Shown here: positions 1 to 8,858 of the stretch, piece by piece
Position numbering within the stretch: the first letter of the stretch is position 1
Layout: each line of letters opens with the position of its first letter
NCBI GenBank assembly: GCA_039798785.1
Contig: JBDKFG010000009.1
Coordinates: 1-64,000 of the forward strand
Length of the DNA stretch: 64,000 nucleotides
Source: Verrucomicrobiota bacterium
GTDB taxonomy: Bacteria > Verrucomicrobiota > Lentisphaeria > Lentisphaerales > Lentisphaeraceae
Direction: 5' to 3'
Position numbers and translations under genes: made by a program
The notes under the pieces: model-generated
The model's database searches: none
The model's input: the letters and a program-made list of their open reading frames with translations, nothing else
Told to the model about the DNA's origin: nothing

Positions 1-153
1 GATTTAAAAATATCCGACATTGCAAAAATATTATTTGATAGAGAATTAAAGTTTATTATAATAATGTGTCATTCCGATAATTTATTATTTGTAAAAAATG
101 AACAAGGAACCTATATTGTTAAAAGTCAACTAAAAAACACTGTCCAGCTTTAG
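1..153 (+). CDS. 3' end of an AT-rich hypothetical gene (truncated by window start)
   Basis: Frame 1 is open from base 1 to TAG at 151-153 (DLKISDIAKILFDRELKFII...TVQL*); much more AT-rich than the rest of the window. Confidence 0.45.
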   Translation, partial: DLKISDIAKILFDRELKFIIIMCHSDNLLFVKNEQGTYIVKSQLKNTVQL

Positions 154-334
154 TCTGCACTAATTCCTTATGCTCGGTCAAAATCGATTCCCACGCACTC
201 TATTCTCGGTGTTGATCTGCGAGTTAGTTTCGGCGAAGGGGGGGCGGGTGTCGATCTTGACCATTCTGAGGTCTAGTTTCGCAACATTTATTGAGACGCC
301 GCTAATGTTGTGATCATGAGCTCAAAGAGGTTTA

Positions 335-3046
335 ATGACCCTCACCCACCACTCCCCCCTCACCCAGGACCGCCAGCGATCCATCGAGCTCTCCTGCGGC
401 CCCGAAGGCGGCTCGCTGCGGCTGCTGCGGGCGGAGGGGAGCCGGCGTTCGGCGCTCGACCGGGCCTTGGCTTCTTGCCTGAGGCTCGAGCTCGACGGCG
501 TTCTGCAGGGGCCGGGGGCGGAGTTCAAGTGGAGCGGCGAGAAGCGGCAAGTGCGACTCCTCCTCGGCGAGACCGCGCCCTTCGTCATTCTCGAGGCCTC
601 CGCAGCGGGCTGCCGCAGCTATCGCCTGTCCTCGTTTGAATCGCGCTATCTCGCCGAGAATGGCCGCCCGCATCCTTCGCCCGGGCTGATCTCTGACGAG
701 AAAGTTCCTTGGGGTTTGGGGACGAGTCCCCAAGCGGGGTCCGGGGCGGCAGCCCTGGGTTTCCCCCGCTCTGGCTCTGAAGATTCCGGCTCGCCTGAGC
801 AGGAGTTTTGCGGCTTGCGCACCGATCTGCACTGCCATTTCGCCGGCTGCCTGCTCGGCCAGGATCTCCTCGATCTGGCGCTGCAGGAGGATCTCAGCTA
901 TCCGCTGGAACTGCTGCGCGATCTCGGCCTGGGCGCGGGGGAAGGTCAAGTGCCACTGCGCTCGCTGCCACCGCACACCCTCGCCGCGCTGGCCTTGCGC
1001 CTGAGCATCCCGGCGGACCGTCAAATCCCCTTCGCCGACATGAGCGGCCTGTACCGCTACCGCTCGCCCTTGACCAAGCATCCGCGGTTGCTGGCGCCGA
1101 TGCTGGCGCGGATTGCGGCGGACTACCGGGCCATGGGGGTGGACTACGCCGAGCTGTCGGTATTCAACGTCCTGGAAGCCGCCTTCTTCGCCACCATCCA
1201 CGAGGTGCTGCCGGAGATCGAGCGGGACACGGGCGTGCGGCTGCGCTTCCTCGCGGCACTGGGGCGTCACGACGACTACGAGTGGGACCTCGACTGCCTC
1301 GAGCGCCTGAAGCAGCTCGCCGCCAGCCCCTTTCTGGTCGGCATCGACTTCATGGGGCACGAGACCAATTCGACCGCCGCCTTCGCGCCGCAACTGCGCG
1401 CCATCGCCGCCTGGGCGAGCGAGGCGCGCCCGGGCTTCGCCCTGCGCGTCCACGCCGGCGAGAACCCCGCCCACCCCGAGAACATCCGCCTCGCCGCCGC
1501 CTGCGTCGAGGGCCTGCAGGTGCAATTGCGCATCGGCCACGGCCTCTACGGGCTCGACGAGGAGACCCTCGAGCTCTTGCGCCGTACGCGCGCCATCGTC
1601 GAGCTCAACCTGAGCTCGAACTTCGCCCTCAACAACGTCCATTCCGCCGCCGACATCCCGCTGCGCCGCTACCTCGACGCCGGCATCGAGGTGGTGCTCG
1701 GCACCGACGGCTACGGACTCTACCAGACCGATCTGGCGATGGAACTGCAGAGCGCCCGTCTTTGCGGACTGCGCCAGGATGACCTCCCCAAGCTGATCGC
1801 GGCGGAGCGCCGCTATCTCGCCTTGCGCGACGGCGACCGCGCCTTCACCCGCGACGATTTCGCCGTCCCGCCCGAGTTTCCGCCGCGTCACTACGGCCCC
1901 GAAGTGAGGCGGCGTCGCGACGAAGAGCGGCGCCAACGGCGGGAGACGCTCGAGGCCGCCCTGGCCCGGCTTGCGGTGCCGCTGCTCGACGAGGAGGGCC
2001 TGGCCGACTTGATGCGGCAGCGGCGCTGCTGGTCGATCGCCGGCGCCTGGCGTCACAGTTGGGCGCGACTCAGCGAGACCGAACGTCAGGCGGTCGAAGA
2101 TTGCCTCATCGGACTGCTGGCGATCTGGGATCCGGCGGAGACCCTGCTGATCTGCGGCGGCACCGGCGACGGCGTCGAGGGGCTGCTGCAGCGGCTGGCG
2201 GCGCCGCGCGGCTTCGCGGTGCTGGGCACCCTGGTGGAGGAGACGCCGCCCGAGAGCCTGCTGCCGGGAGGCTTGAGCCAGGCCTGCATCCTGGCGCGCT
2301 CGCTCTACGACAAGTCAGCGGCCCTCTACCAGCTGCTCAAGCGCCACGGCGGCGGCTGCCTCTTCTTCGGCGGCGGCATGATCGTCGCCGACGAGATCCG
2401 CGCCGCAGCCAACCTGCGCCTGCCGCTGCTGCTCTTCGACGCCGTTCCCGGCGCCGCGGCCCGCGCCGCCCTGCAGATGCCGGATTGCGCCTTCCGCAAG
2501 GCCGGGGAACTGCGTTCCCGCCTGCTCTCGCTCCCTCTCGGTCACGGCAGCGCCGAAGCCTATTGGCATCCCGGACCGAATCCCACCGTCGACATCATCC
2601 TCTGGCGACAGACTGACTCGGGACGCGAGGTGCTGCTGTTGCGTCGTCGCGAGGGCAGCGACGACGAGCCCGGGCGCTGGGGTCTTCCCGGCGGCTTCCA
2701 GCTCAGTGCCGGCGAAGCGCGGACACCCTGGCAAGGCGGACGCGAATCCGCCCCCGAGGCCTGCCGGCGCAAGCTGCGCGAGGACTGCGGCCTGGAGATG
2801 GCGGAGGACATCCCCTTGATCTGGCTCGGCGACTACGAGGGCGGCGGACGCGATCCGCGCGACAGCGCCTTCGCCTGGAGCCGCAGCCGCGCCTTCACCC
2901 TGAAGCTCGAGGCCGAGCCCCTCTGGAAGCCGGGGCCGAAGGTGGCCGAGCTGCGCTGGTTCTCCCTGGCGGCGCTGCCCCGTCCCCTGGCCTTCGACCA
3001 CGGGACGATGCTGGACGAGTTCCGCGGCAGCATTGGGTGCCCATAA
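335..3046 (+). CDS. Adenosine-deaminase-like amidohydrolase + SLOG (LOG/Smf-DprA fold) + Nudix (ADP-ribose pyrophosphatase/NrtR-like) fusion protein
   Basis: ADA motifs DLHCH, GVDYAEL, VGIDFMGHE, HAGE, RIGHG, ELNLSSN, GTDG; SLOG-like SIAGA, LICGGTGDGVE, FFGGGMIVADEI; Nudix PTVDII, WGLPGGF, ESAPEACRRKLREDCGL, RDPR, LAFDH. Start uncertain. Confidence 0.8.
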   Translation: MTLTHHSPLTQDRQRSIELSCGPEGGSLRLLRAEGSRRSALDRALASCLRLELDGVLQGPGAEFKWSGEKRQVRLLLGETAPFVILEASAAGCRSYRLSSFESRYLAENGRPHPSPGLISDEKVPWGLGTSPQAGSGAAALGFPRSGSEDSGSPEQEFCGLRTDLHCHFAGCLLGQDLLDLALQEDLSYPLELLRDLGLGAGEGQVPLRSLPPHTLAALALRLSIPADRQIPFADMSGLYRYRSPLTKHPRLLAPMLARIAADYRAMGVDYAELSVFNVLEAAFFATIHEVLPEIERDTGVRLRFLAALGRHDDYEWDLDCLERLKQLAASPFLVGIDFMGHETNSTAAFAPQLRAIAAWASEARPGFALRVHAGENPAHPENIRLAAACVEGLQVQLRIGHGLYGLDEETLELLRRTRAIVELNLSSNFALNNVHSAADIPLRRYLDAGIEVVLGTDGYGLYQTDLAMELQSARLCGLRQDDLPKLIAAERRYLALRDGDRAFTRDDFAVPPEFPPRHYGPEVRRRRDEERRQRRETLEAALARLAVPLLDEEGLADLMRQRRCWSIAGAWRHSWARLSETERQAVEDCLIGLLAIWDPAETLLICGGTGDGVEGLLQRLAAPRGFAVLGTLVEETPPESLLPGGLSQACILARSLYDKSAALYQLLKRHGGGCLFFGGGMIVADEIRAAANLRLPLLLFDAVPGAAARAALQMPDCAFRKAGELRSRLLSLPLGHGSAEAYWHPGPNPTVDIILWRQTDSGREVLLLRRREGSDDEPGRWGLPGGFQLSAGEARTPWQGGRESAPEACRRKLREDCGLEMAEDIPLIWLGDYEGGGRDPRDSAFAWSRSRAFTLKLEAEPLWKPGPKVAELRWFSLAALPRPLAFDHGTMLDEFRGSIGCP

Positions 3047-3157
3047 TGATCGGGGGCCGTTTCCCTCTCACCGGGGGCGCTGCCCCTGGTCACCGCCAAA
3101 AGCCAGCGTAGGTCGTAGACTGATTGAAATTATGCAGGGCATCCTTCATCAGGAGCC

Positions 3158-3628
3158 TTGCCTTCATCAACAACAAAGCCAACTCGGTGGTTTGCTGAAG
3201 CCGCCCGCAGCTTCGATAAAATCGGCCTCGAAAAAGACCAGATGCCCTTCGCCGTGCTTCGCGACGACAAGTTCGACAAGCTGGAGAAGCTGCTCCGCGA
3301 CGACTTCCTCGTCTGCGGTTCCTACTACGACTTGAACCAGAGCCAGAAACAATTCGTCCACGGCCTCTTCTTCGGCATCGCCGTCCACTTGCGCAGCGAC
3401 TACCACATCGCCTCCAATCCCGAAACCGGTGAAGGCCGTGCCAAGATCATCGAGTTCAAGATCGCCAAGGGCCGCGAAACCCTCAAGACCGCCCACGCCT
3501 TCCAGCAGATCGACGAGAAGGATTACGCCGCCAAGATCCGCGAAGCCGGATGCGGAAAGCTCACCCAGATCGGCATTGCCACCAAGGGCGAGCAGATCGC
3601 TATTGAAATTCGCCCCAAGGCGCTCTGA
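3158..3628 (+). pseudogene. Remnant C-terminal PD-(D/E)XK (DUF1703/PDDEXK_9-like) domain of an AAA-ATPase-nuclease gene
   Basis: FVHGLFFG...SNPETGEGR..IIEFK..AFQQIDEKDY; lacks the N-terminal AAA domain and the D-containing segment normally found between GR and IIEFK; TTG start. Confidence 0.6.
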
Positions 3629-4526
3629 ATTGTTGCAAAGGAAGCTCATTCAAGGATCGCAATCCAATTTGGGGGAAATCGGCGAGGGCGCTGGGCCGGA
3701 TCCGGAAGCCTGCTTCTTGCAGGTCTTGCGCTAAGATCTGCAGAGAGTCGCCGGGACGGCTGGAGGGGGGAACTCCTTCGATGGCGATGTTGCCGGACCA
3801 GCCGGCCTTGGCGAAGCGTGCGAGGTGAGGGCGGAAATCATAATCGCCTTTCGGGTGGGGCCAGAGGCGTCCGCGAGGCTGGGCGATCTCGATGTGTTTG
3901 ATGAGGTCGAGGCCGCCTTCCAGGACGTCCAGTGGATCCCCTTCCAACGCTACGTGGTAGAGGTCGGCGATGGCGTAGAGCTGCGGCGAGGCGAGTTCGC
4001 GGACGACTTCGAGCACTTCGTCGAAGCGGGTGAGGAAGTTGCTTTCGCGGGTGTTCATCTGTTCGAGCAGGAGGACGAGTCCGTAGTCTGCGGCGGTCTC
4101 GGCGAGCTGCCGGAGGAGTTGGAGGAACTGGCGGCGTGCGGCGACGGCGGAGAATCCTTCCGGGATGCGGCGGGAGTCGCCGCTGCCGAAGACGATCCAG
4201 CGCAGATCTAGGGCGCGAGCTCGCCGAAAAACGCGGCGGGCACGTTCCAGGATGCGGACGGGATCGGCGGAGGGGCCGACGCAGGGCAGCTCGGCCGGCA
4301 GGAAGCAGTTGCAGTAGAGGAAAGGCGCGGGGGGATTTTGCAGACGCGGCAGCACCAGGCGCTCGAATTCGGCGTCGTCGAGCTCCGGCGCGGTGAGCAC
4401 GTCGGTGCGGGCGGCGATGAAGGCGGCGCCGGAGGCCTGCACCAACGCGTAGTCCAGGGGATGGCTATAGATGCCGATGGCGATCTCGGCACCAGTCAGC
4501 AGGGTTTTCGGGGCGATCTCGAGCAT
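3600..4526 (-). CDS. Sugar-phosphate isomerase/epimerase (xylose-isomerase-like TIM barrel)
   Basis: VFGSGDSRRIP, LLEQMNTRESN, ADLYH, HIEIA, IAIE motifs; ATG at 4526 chosen instead of the track's 4751 start, which lies inside a repeat. Confidence 0.8.
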   Translation of the reverse strand: MLEIAPKTLLTGAEIAIGIYSHPLDYALVQASGAAFIAARTDVLTAPELDDAEFERLVLPRLQNPPAPFLYCNCFLPAELPCVGPSADPVRILERARRVFRRARALDLRWIVFGSGDSRRIPEGFSAVAARRQFLQLLRQLAETAADYGLVLLLEQMNTRESNFLTRFDEVLEVVRELASPQLYAIADLYHVALEGDPLDVLEGGLDLIKHIEIAQPRGRLWPHPKGDYDFRPHLARFAKAGWSGNIAIEGVPPSSRPGDSLQILAQDLQEAGFRIRPSALADFPQIGLRSLNELPLQQFRAPWGEFQ

Positions 4527-4711
4527 GGGGAATCCTCTCTTCGAGCCCGGAACCGGGCTTGTCACGAAGAGAGCGGGCGAGGCCGTCAGCGAGCTTTGCG
4601 CAAACACGCAAAGAGGATTCAATTGGCGCAGAAATGTGAGGGAGTGAGTCTCCCACTCGTTCAATTGAGACAAAAGATGTCGCATGCGTGCGACGCTCGT
4701 GACTGTTCTTT

Positions 4712-4953
4712 GCCCCAGAGGGGTAGGGTGGAGCCGAGGAACGAGTCGCAACCCCAGGTTTCAACCTAGATAATCTAGGTTCAAGGATAGAATTCGAGAC
4801 CTGAAAGGGCGGCTGGAGACCTCGCACGGACGAGCATTCCGAGACGCCTCCAAGTCGCCCCTTCAGGGCTCGACTTGTTATCCTCACTGACCCGGGCCTG
4901 CGCCTCGTTCCTCGGCTCCGACCCGGGCTGAGATCGTATCGCCTCTTTGGGAC
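4712..4953. repeat. REP-like nested palindromic intergenic element
   Basis: Outer IR gggtggagccgaggaacgag (4726-4745) / ctcgttcctcggctccgaccc (4904-4924); inner IR cctgaaagggcggct (4800-4814) / agtcgccccttcagg (4853-4867); palindrome aacctagat-a-atctaggtt (4763-4781). Confidence 0.7.
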
Positions 4954-5017
4954 TGCAGAAAGCCCAGAAACTCATTCGAAATTGGGGCGAGGGAGTTGTT
5001 CACACCCCCGGTCTCCC

Positions 5018-6145
5018 TCACTTGAGCGGCGCCCCGGTGATTTTGCGGAAGGCGCGCTGCATCTGGGCGGTGGAGGAGAAGCCGTTTTCCCAGGCGAGGC
5101 TGCTGAGCTTGGCTTCGGGTTGGCGGCGGCGCTGGCGCAGCACCCCTTCGATCCTGCTCTTGAGGATGAAGTCGAGAGGTGTGCACTCCAATTCTTCCTG
5201 GAATGCGTATTCGAGCCAGCGGCGGGAGCGGCCGATGTGGGCGGCGACGGCGCTGACGGTGATCGATGCGGCGACGTTCACCTGGATCCAGGCCAGGGCG
5301 CGGCGGAGATCGGGATCTTGCAGGACATAGACGGCGCTCGACTCCCGCTCCATCACCTTGCCGGGAGGGAAGACGAGATCGCCGGCTGGGGAGGGGTGCC
5401 CTTCCATGAGATCCTGCAGGAGTTTGGCGGCGGCGTAGCCGAGCTCCTCGCCGGCGCGAACGACGCTGCTGAGAGAGGGATTGGCCAGCTCGCAGACGAT
5501 GCCGTCGTCGTTGCTGCCGATGATGGCGAGGTCCTGGGGGACGCGCAGACCGGCCTGAAGGGCGGCCTGGAGGGCCAGCAGGCCGCGCTGGTCCTGGGGG
5601 CAGAGCAGGGCACAGGGGCGGGGTAGGCTGAGAAGCCACTCTCCCAGGGCGCCGGTCTCGGCGATCCAGGACGTGGGGGCGTGGATTGGGCTGGCGGCAT
5701 CGAAGCGCCGCGGCGTCAGGCTGGCCGCGGCGAGGGTTTCGGCATAGCCGCGGCCGATCTCGTCCGCGTACCAGAGTCCGCGCAAGCCGTAGAAGGCGAA
5801 TTCCTGGAAGCCCCGGGAGAGGAGGTGGCGGGCGGCGGTGGCGCCGATCGCGGCGTAGTCGTTGCGCACTCGGGGAAAGGGAGTGCGGCTCAAGGCGCCG
5901 GAGAGGTTGACCAAGGGCAGGCCGAAGCCGAGGGCGAGATCGACTTCCCGTGGCGTGTCGAGGAAGGCGATGATGCCGTCCCCTTGCCAGCCCTGCAGCT
6001 CTTCGAAGCGCAGGCGGTGGCTTTCGGGATTGGTTATCAGGCGCCAGCCGCGTTCACGGGCAAATCGGCTGATCCCGGCCGTCACCTTCTCCAGATGGCG
6101 GATGCCGAGAGGGAAGGCCAGCGCGATCTGCTTGAGTTCCGACAT
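5018..6145 (-). CDS. XylR-type transcriptional regulator (periplasmic-binding-like sensor + C-terminal AraC HTH)
   Basis: WQGDGII, RVPQDLAIIGSNDD..CEL..PSLSSV, MERES, AraC SRRWLE...GFSS..M.RAFRK.TG. Confidence 0.88.
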   Translation of the reverse strand: MSELKQIALAFPLGIRHLEKVTAGISRFARERGWRLITNPESHRLRFEELQGWQGDGIIAFLDTPREVDLALGFGLPLVNLSGALSRTPFPRVRNDYAAIGATAARHLLSRGFQEFAFYGLRGLWYADEIGRGYAETLAAASLTPRRFDAASPIHAPTSWIAETGALGEWLLSLPRPCALLCPQDQRGLLALQAALQAGLRVPQDLAIIGSNDDGIVCELANPSLSSVVRAGEELGYAAAKLLQDLMEGHPSPAGDLVFPPGKVMERESSAVYVLQDPDLRRALAWIQVNVAASITVSAVAAHIGRSRRWLEYAFQEELECTPLDFILKSRIEGVLRQRRRQPEAKLSSLAWENGFSSTAQMQRAFRKITGAPLK

Positions 6146-6206
6146 CTGAGCCTCGCTTCCTTGGCTCTGATTATATCCTGCTTCAGCCACTCTGAAAGTG
6201 CTGCTA

Positions 6207-6566
6207 TCAGCCGGCCCCGGCGTGAACCGGGAGTTTCGCCTCCGCCTGAATCTGCTGCTGCTGGATTTTCCACTCCCGGGCGCTGAGGAGATAGAGACGC
6301 AGCTGCTCGGCCTGGACTTCGCTGAGCTTCGACTTGCGATTCATCGCGGGAAGCAGCTCCGCCCAGGCTTGGGGACTATGATCGTCGACGGCGTCGAGCC
6401 CGTGGCAGCTGCCGCACCGGTTCAGATAGATCTGCCGGCCACTGCTCAGGGCGGCGGCGTCGCCTCGCATCGTCGGCTGAACCGGCGGGGCGATTTCAGC
6501 CAAGGAGCGGCAGCCGCCGAGCGCAAGCCCGGCGGCTGGCAGAAGGGCGAGAAGCGCCCGTGACAT
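6207..6566 (-). CDS. Small mono-heme c-type cytochrome lipoprotein
   Basis: ATG at 6566 overlaps the upstream stop (TGATG); lipobox-like LALGGC; GRQIY..RCGSCH heme motif; distal Met (PAM). Confidence 0.75.
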   Translation of the reverse strand: MSRALLALLPAAGLALGGCRSLAEIAPPVQPTMRGDAAALSSGRQIYLNRCGSCHGLDAVDDHSPQAWAELLPAMNRKSKLSEVQAEQLRLYLLSAREWKIQQQQIQAEAKLPVHAGAG

Positions 6567-7345
6567 CAGAAGCTGATGCCGAAGATCATCCGGCTCATCC
6601 ATTCGGCTTCGCCTTTGACGTCGGTGACCTCGTTCTTGACGCTGAGGGCCATCCAGTAGGATTCTCCGAACTTGAACTGCGCCACCGGACCGAGATAGAC
6701 GACGTTCTCGCCGCGCTCCTGCCAGTGATGCTCCCACTCGACTTCGTGGAGGGCCTCCAGGCCGAGAGAGAACTTCGGGCTGAAGCTGTAACTGGCGCCA
6801 AGAGTCTGGCCGAGAACGTCGACTTCCTCTTCGCCTCCATCGCCCTCGCGCTCATATTCGTAGATGCCGTTCCAGTTCAAGGTCCAGTCGCCGATGTCCT
6901 GGGTCAGGAGCAGCTTGAATTCGACGGCGCTGAAATCGCCGTCATGGCCGTCGTCGCCGAAGTCGTGCTTGATTTCGCCGTAAAGGCCGACGCCGAGGTC
7001 TTCCTGGGTGGCGTTCTGCAAGACGTAGATGCTTTCCAAGGCCAGATCCTTGAACTCCAGGCCGTCGTTGTCAACACTGCGGCCGTCCTGATAGCGCTGG
7101 TCGTAGTAAAAAGCCATGCGCCATTTGTCGGTGATGCTGTATTCCAACTCGGAACGCAGATCGAGACGGTCGAACTTGCTGTCCTTGGCGCGCTTGTTTT
7201 CTTTCCAGGTGACCCATTGCTCGAGCTCCAAGGTTCCGGCTGGGGTCTCGCGAGCTTCATAGCCGTCGGTGAATTTGCGTTCGTTGGCTTGCAGACTCAA
7301 GGTCGCCAAGTAGAGCAGTGAGGCGGTCAGGATCATCTTCTTCAT
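6566..7345 (-). CDS. Putative outer-membrane beta-barrel protein (DUF6662-like)
   Basis: Signal peptide; ELEQW, ELEYSITD; alternating amphipathic strands; C-terminal ...FGISF. Confidence 0.65.
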   Translation of the reverse strand: MKKMILTASLLYLATLSLQANERKFTDGYEARETPAGTLELEQWVTWKENKRAKDSKFDRLDLRSELEYSITDKWRMAFYYDQRYQDGRSVDNDGLEFKDLALESIYVLQNATQEDLGVGLYGEIKHDFGDDGHDGDFSAVEFKLLLTQDIGDWTLNWNGIYEYEREGDGGEEEVDVLGQTLGASYSFSPKFSLGLEALHEVEWEHHWQERGENVVYLGPVAQFKFGESYWMALSVKNEVTDVKGEAEWMSRMIFGISF

Positions 7346-7370
7346 GTTCTTTGTCCTTTTTGGTGTTGCT

Positions 7371-7411
7371 GTTGAGATTCAATCGCATCTATAATGCAAC
7401 TAAGTCTCAAC
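7371..7411. promoter_or_regulatory. Two inverted Fur-box-like operators upstream of the barrel/cytochrome operon
   Basis: gttgagattcaatcgcat-ctata-atgcaactaagtctcaac; each half resembles the Fur-type tGAGAatnAtTcgCA consensus; ends form an IR gttgaga/tctcaac. Confidence 0.5.
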
Positions 7412-7608
7412 ACGTCAAGCTGCGGAGATAAGAAAATTCGATCTGTATGACTCCAGATCATCGGCAGAAGACGCAGGGCAAAGCAGAAAGGGTGATCGGC
7501 AAAGAGCGAAAAGCTTCCTATTGTGTCCATGTGTATGCAGCGTTCGTCGCGCAGGGGCGCGAGGCGGGCCGGGTCGCGCTCGCCTTCGGCGATGGCGTGT
7601 TTCCGGAC

Positions 7609-8541
7609 TCAGGCGAGCGCGGCGACCGCAAAACTCGCCTTGCGGCGCTCCTCCGGGGAAAGCGGGGTCCAGGCGATCTGGGAGAAGCCTGCCTTTTTCA
7701 GCCAGCCTTCAAGCTGCTCCTGGGAGAATCCGAGCCAGACCGATCCGAAACGGCTGCGCGCCGATTCGTCGCCATGCGGCAGCTGATCGACGATGACCAG
7801 TCGGCCGCCTTTCTTCAAAAGAGGCTTCAGCGAGGCGAGCAGGGCTGAAGGCGAGGCGACCTGGTGCAGGACAAAATGCAGCAGCAGGGCGTCACATGGC
7901 GGCAGCTTGCCGCCGAGCGAGCCGAGATCGCTCCGCAAATAATGAATGTTTTCAAGCGCATGCTTGCCGCAGCGGGTCTTGGCCATCGCCAGCATTTCCG
8001 CCGACTGGTCGACTGCCCACACCTGGCCGCCGAGCCGGGAAAGCAGCGGCAGCATCATCCCGGTGCCGCAGCCCAGGTCTGCGACGGTCATGCCGCGGGG
8101 CGCGAGGCCGACACAGGCATAAAGTGCGGCGAGAGGGGAGTGCAACTCGGCCCCGATTTCGTCCCAGCTGCCGGCGATCCGCTCGGCGAAATCGATGCTG
8201 GTCTCGGCTCGCTGCCGCAAGATGGCGTCGAGACGTTTCGAGTCGGGATGTTTTTCGGCCGCCAGGCCCTCGAGCAGCGGCCGCATCGGCTCGAGCCGGC
8301 CAGTCAGCGGTGCAAGACTGCAATAGACCCGGGTGCCGTCCTTGCGGTCGATCACCAGGCCGGCGCCCCGAAGCACCGCAAGATGCCGGCTGACCTTGGG
8401 TTGGGGGCACTCGAGAATCTCGCAGAGCTCCTGGACATTCAGTTCTTCGCGCCCGAGAAGGCGTAAGAGGCGGATCCGGGTTTCGTCGGCCATCGCCTTG
8501 AGAATTTCGCTGTGGGATGTGTCAGAGCTCATGAGAACCAT
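7609..8541 (-). CDS. ArsR-family HTH regulator fused to a SAM-methyltransferase domain (SahR-like)
   Basis: LKAMADETRIRLL..ELNVQEL..QPKVSRHLAVLR; VADLGCGTG, AVDQS, LKKGGRLVIVD, WLGFS. Confidence 0.85.
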   Translation of the reverse strand: MVLMSSDTSHSEILKAMADETRIRLLRLLGREELNVQELCEILECPQPKVSRHLAVLRGAGLVIDRKDGTRVYCSLAPLTGRLEPMRPLLEGLAAEKHPDSKRLDAILRQRAETSIDFAERIAGSWDEIGAELHSPLAALYACVGLAPRGMTVADLGCGTGMMLPLLSRLGGQVWAVDQSAEMLAMAKTRCGKHALENIHYLRSDLGSLGGKLPPCDALLLHFVLHQVASPSALLASLKPLLKKGGRLVIVDQLPHGDESARSRFGSVWLGFSQEQLEGWLKKAGFSQIAWTPLSPEERRKASFAVAALA

Positions 8542-8858
8542 GGAAGTTGTGGAATTGCAGGGAGCCGAAGCCGCCCCGGGGGGCTTGCCTCGAGCCGTGA
8601 GGAATTTCGACCTGTATCACTCCAAATCAAGCTCGGATGGAGATCAGAAGGCGAAGAAGAGCCAGGAAAGAATGCGCGACAGGGCGCGACGACACGCATC
8701 TCAGTGTTTGATGCGGCGTTTCCGCCCATCTCATTTCACGCAACAACATCGATTTCATCGATGCCCGCGCAAGATTCGCCGGATTGGCGGCTTGCGGCGA
8801 GTGGCGGCATCCTTGAGTGAGGCCGGAAGTCCGGAAGAATCGATCAAGGAGAACGACT

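Noticed and set aside
332..2056. Long antisense/shadow ORFs (e.g. 332-2056, 11571-13880, 33460-35772, 49570-51162, 55515-57848, 59313-61475)
   Set aside because: They lie opposite well-supported genes, lack motifs, and are typical high-GC codon-bias artefacts
335..3046. RADAR (RdrAB) or Thoeris system call
   Set aside because: No RdrA AAA ATPase, TIR or SIR2 gene is visible in the window; only individual domains are shared
8542..8700. SAM/SAH riboswitch upstream of the SahR-like gene
   Set aside because: No recognisable conserved core motifs of SAM-I/IV or SAH riboswitches could be found by eye; an Infernal/Rfam scan would settle it
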